Below are positions 62,658-64,000 of a DNA stretch of 64,000 bases, piece after piece (the stretch's first letter is position 1; every line of letters starts with the position of its first letter). Position numbers and translations under genes: made by a program. The notes under the pieces were generated by a model that did not search any database, was not told the DNA's origin, and saw only the letters and a list, made by a program, of their open reading frames with translations. The stretch covers positions 341,558,001 to 341,622,000 of the forward strand of contig OZ024742.1 of NCBI GenBank assembly GCA_964016885.1. Direction: 5' to 3'. This DNA comes from Eledone cirrhosa (taxonomy: Eukaryota).

Positions 62658-62711
62658 ATAGTACCACTGATGATGTTGCAGATGTGCAACGAAATAACAT
62701 TGTTAGACTAT
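62658..62711 (+). ncRNA. Degenerate hammerhead ribozyme motif in a putative PLE 3' pseudo-LTR
   Basis: CUGAUGA (62667-62673)-U-GUUGCA-gaug-UGCAAC-GAAA-UAAC-auu-GUUA. Both core halves and stems II and III are present. The UH cleavage site and proximal stem I 3' strand are missing, while the distal AUAGU/ACUAU pairing remains. Confidence 0.7.
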
Positions 62712-62886
62712 ATATATATATTTATATTTGTATGTTTATCCGTTGGTCAATCAATGATAAACATTGATTGCCAAATAATTTAACTATGGAGATATAAAAC
62801 ATACAGAAGCAAAAACCAACCAAACAGTGAGTGTGTTCTGTTATTATTTCTGGGAATATTATTACAATATGATCCTCCCCAAGTAT

Positions 62887-63181
<295 letters not shown>

Positions 63182-63183
<2 letters not shown>

Positions 63184-63399
63184 AAGGTTAAACAAGGTTC
63201 AATGAATAAATAAGAGAATTAGTTTTACAATAGATTGGAAGCACTCAACAAGAATGGTTTTCCGGAGTTATTAATATTAATTCAAAAATATTAACAAAAA
63301 TAGAACTTCTTGTGATCAAGTATATTTTACTGAAATATGTATAATAAAATATACTTGATCACTAGAAGTTCTATTTTTGTTAATATTTTGAATTAATAT
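63182..63399. mobile_element. Second foldback insertion between (TA)n tracts (possible inverted PLE pseudo-LTR)
   Basis: A ~92-bp single-copy segment, then an inverted repeat 63274-63329/63345-63399 (~55-bp arms, 1 substitution plus 1 indel, 15-nt loop) abutting a TA tract. Confidence 0.55.
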
Positions 63400-63568
<169 letters not shown>

Positions 63569-63722
63569 ATATTAATAAATGGAAACTATATTTATAAAAC
63601 CATATTTATTTCATTATACATATTTCAAGGACACCAAAGCAAATTATGGTGCGCTTTCATCAGATAAAATATAATATAGATCAGTTTTATAAACAAATAT
63701 TGACATACCCTTAAAAGAATGA

Positions 63723-64000
63723 GACTTTCTAGGAAAGTCGGACAAAACCAATAATCTTTATGGAATGCAGAAGGATATTTATAACGCTCTTATATTAAAG
63801 GAATTAAGGAAGAAGTACAAAATAACTACTGACGACCTTGAAAAATTGAATACAGACGCTTCTTACATAATGCAGGATTTAGGCATTGAAAATAGGACTC
63901 AACCCTTCATGCCAAGGAAACCAAAAATGAATATGAAAGACCACAAAAGGAACTTTGAAATTGACTTACCAGTTAGATTAATTGCACCATCTAAATCGGA
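63723..64000 (+). mobile_element. Penelope-like element RT N-terminal coding fragment, continuing past the window end
   Basis: Open frame FLGKSDKTNNLYGMQKDIYNALILKELRKKYK...LNTDASYIMQDLGIENRTQPF...MKDHKRNFEIDLPVRLIAPSKS resembles recalled PLE RT motifs (DKTxNxY, KDHKxNF, RLIxPxKS). An upstream stop at 63720 suggests decay or 5' truncation. Confidence 0.75.

Overview
AT-rich eukaryotic (invertebrate-like) repeat DNA with no credible host gene. Bases 1-5954 are a 24-bp satellite (~248 copies, running off the left edge). A 129-bp unique spacer follows, then a ~52.7-kb array of a 15-bp satellite (ATGACCCACACTTCT, ~3500 copies) with nested kb-scale duplications. The long ORFs in the track are by-products of these monomers and of microsatellites. 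The last ~5 kb is microsatellite-rich and holds a cluster of Penelope-like retroelement (PLE) remnants: two decayed RT-region fragments, two damaged hammerhead-ribozyme motifs plus one half-motif, and long foldback palindromes, mostly between (TA)n tracts. I do not see a demonstrably new system. The best leads are the hammerhead/foldback mini-elements in (TA)n, the hierarchical satellite structure, and the opposite-polarity junction of the two satellites. All calls were made by eye, without database searches.
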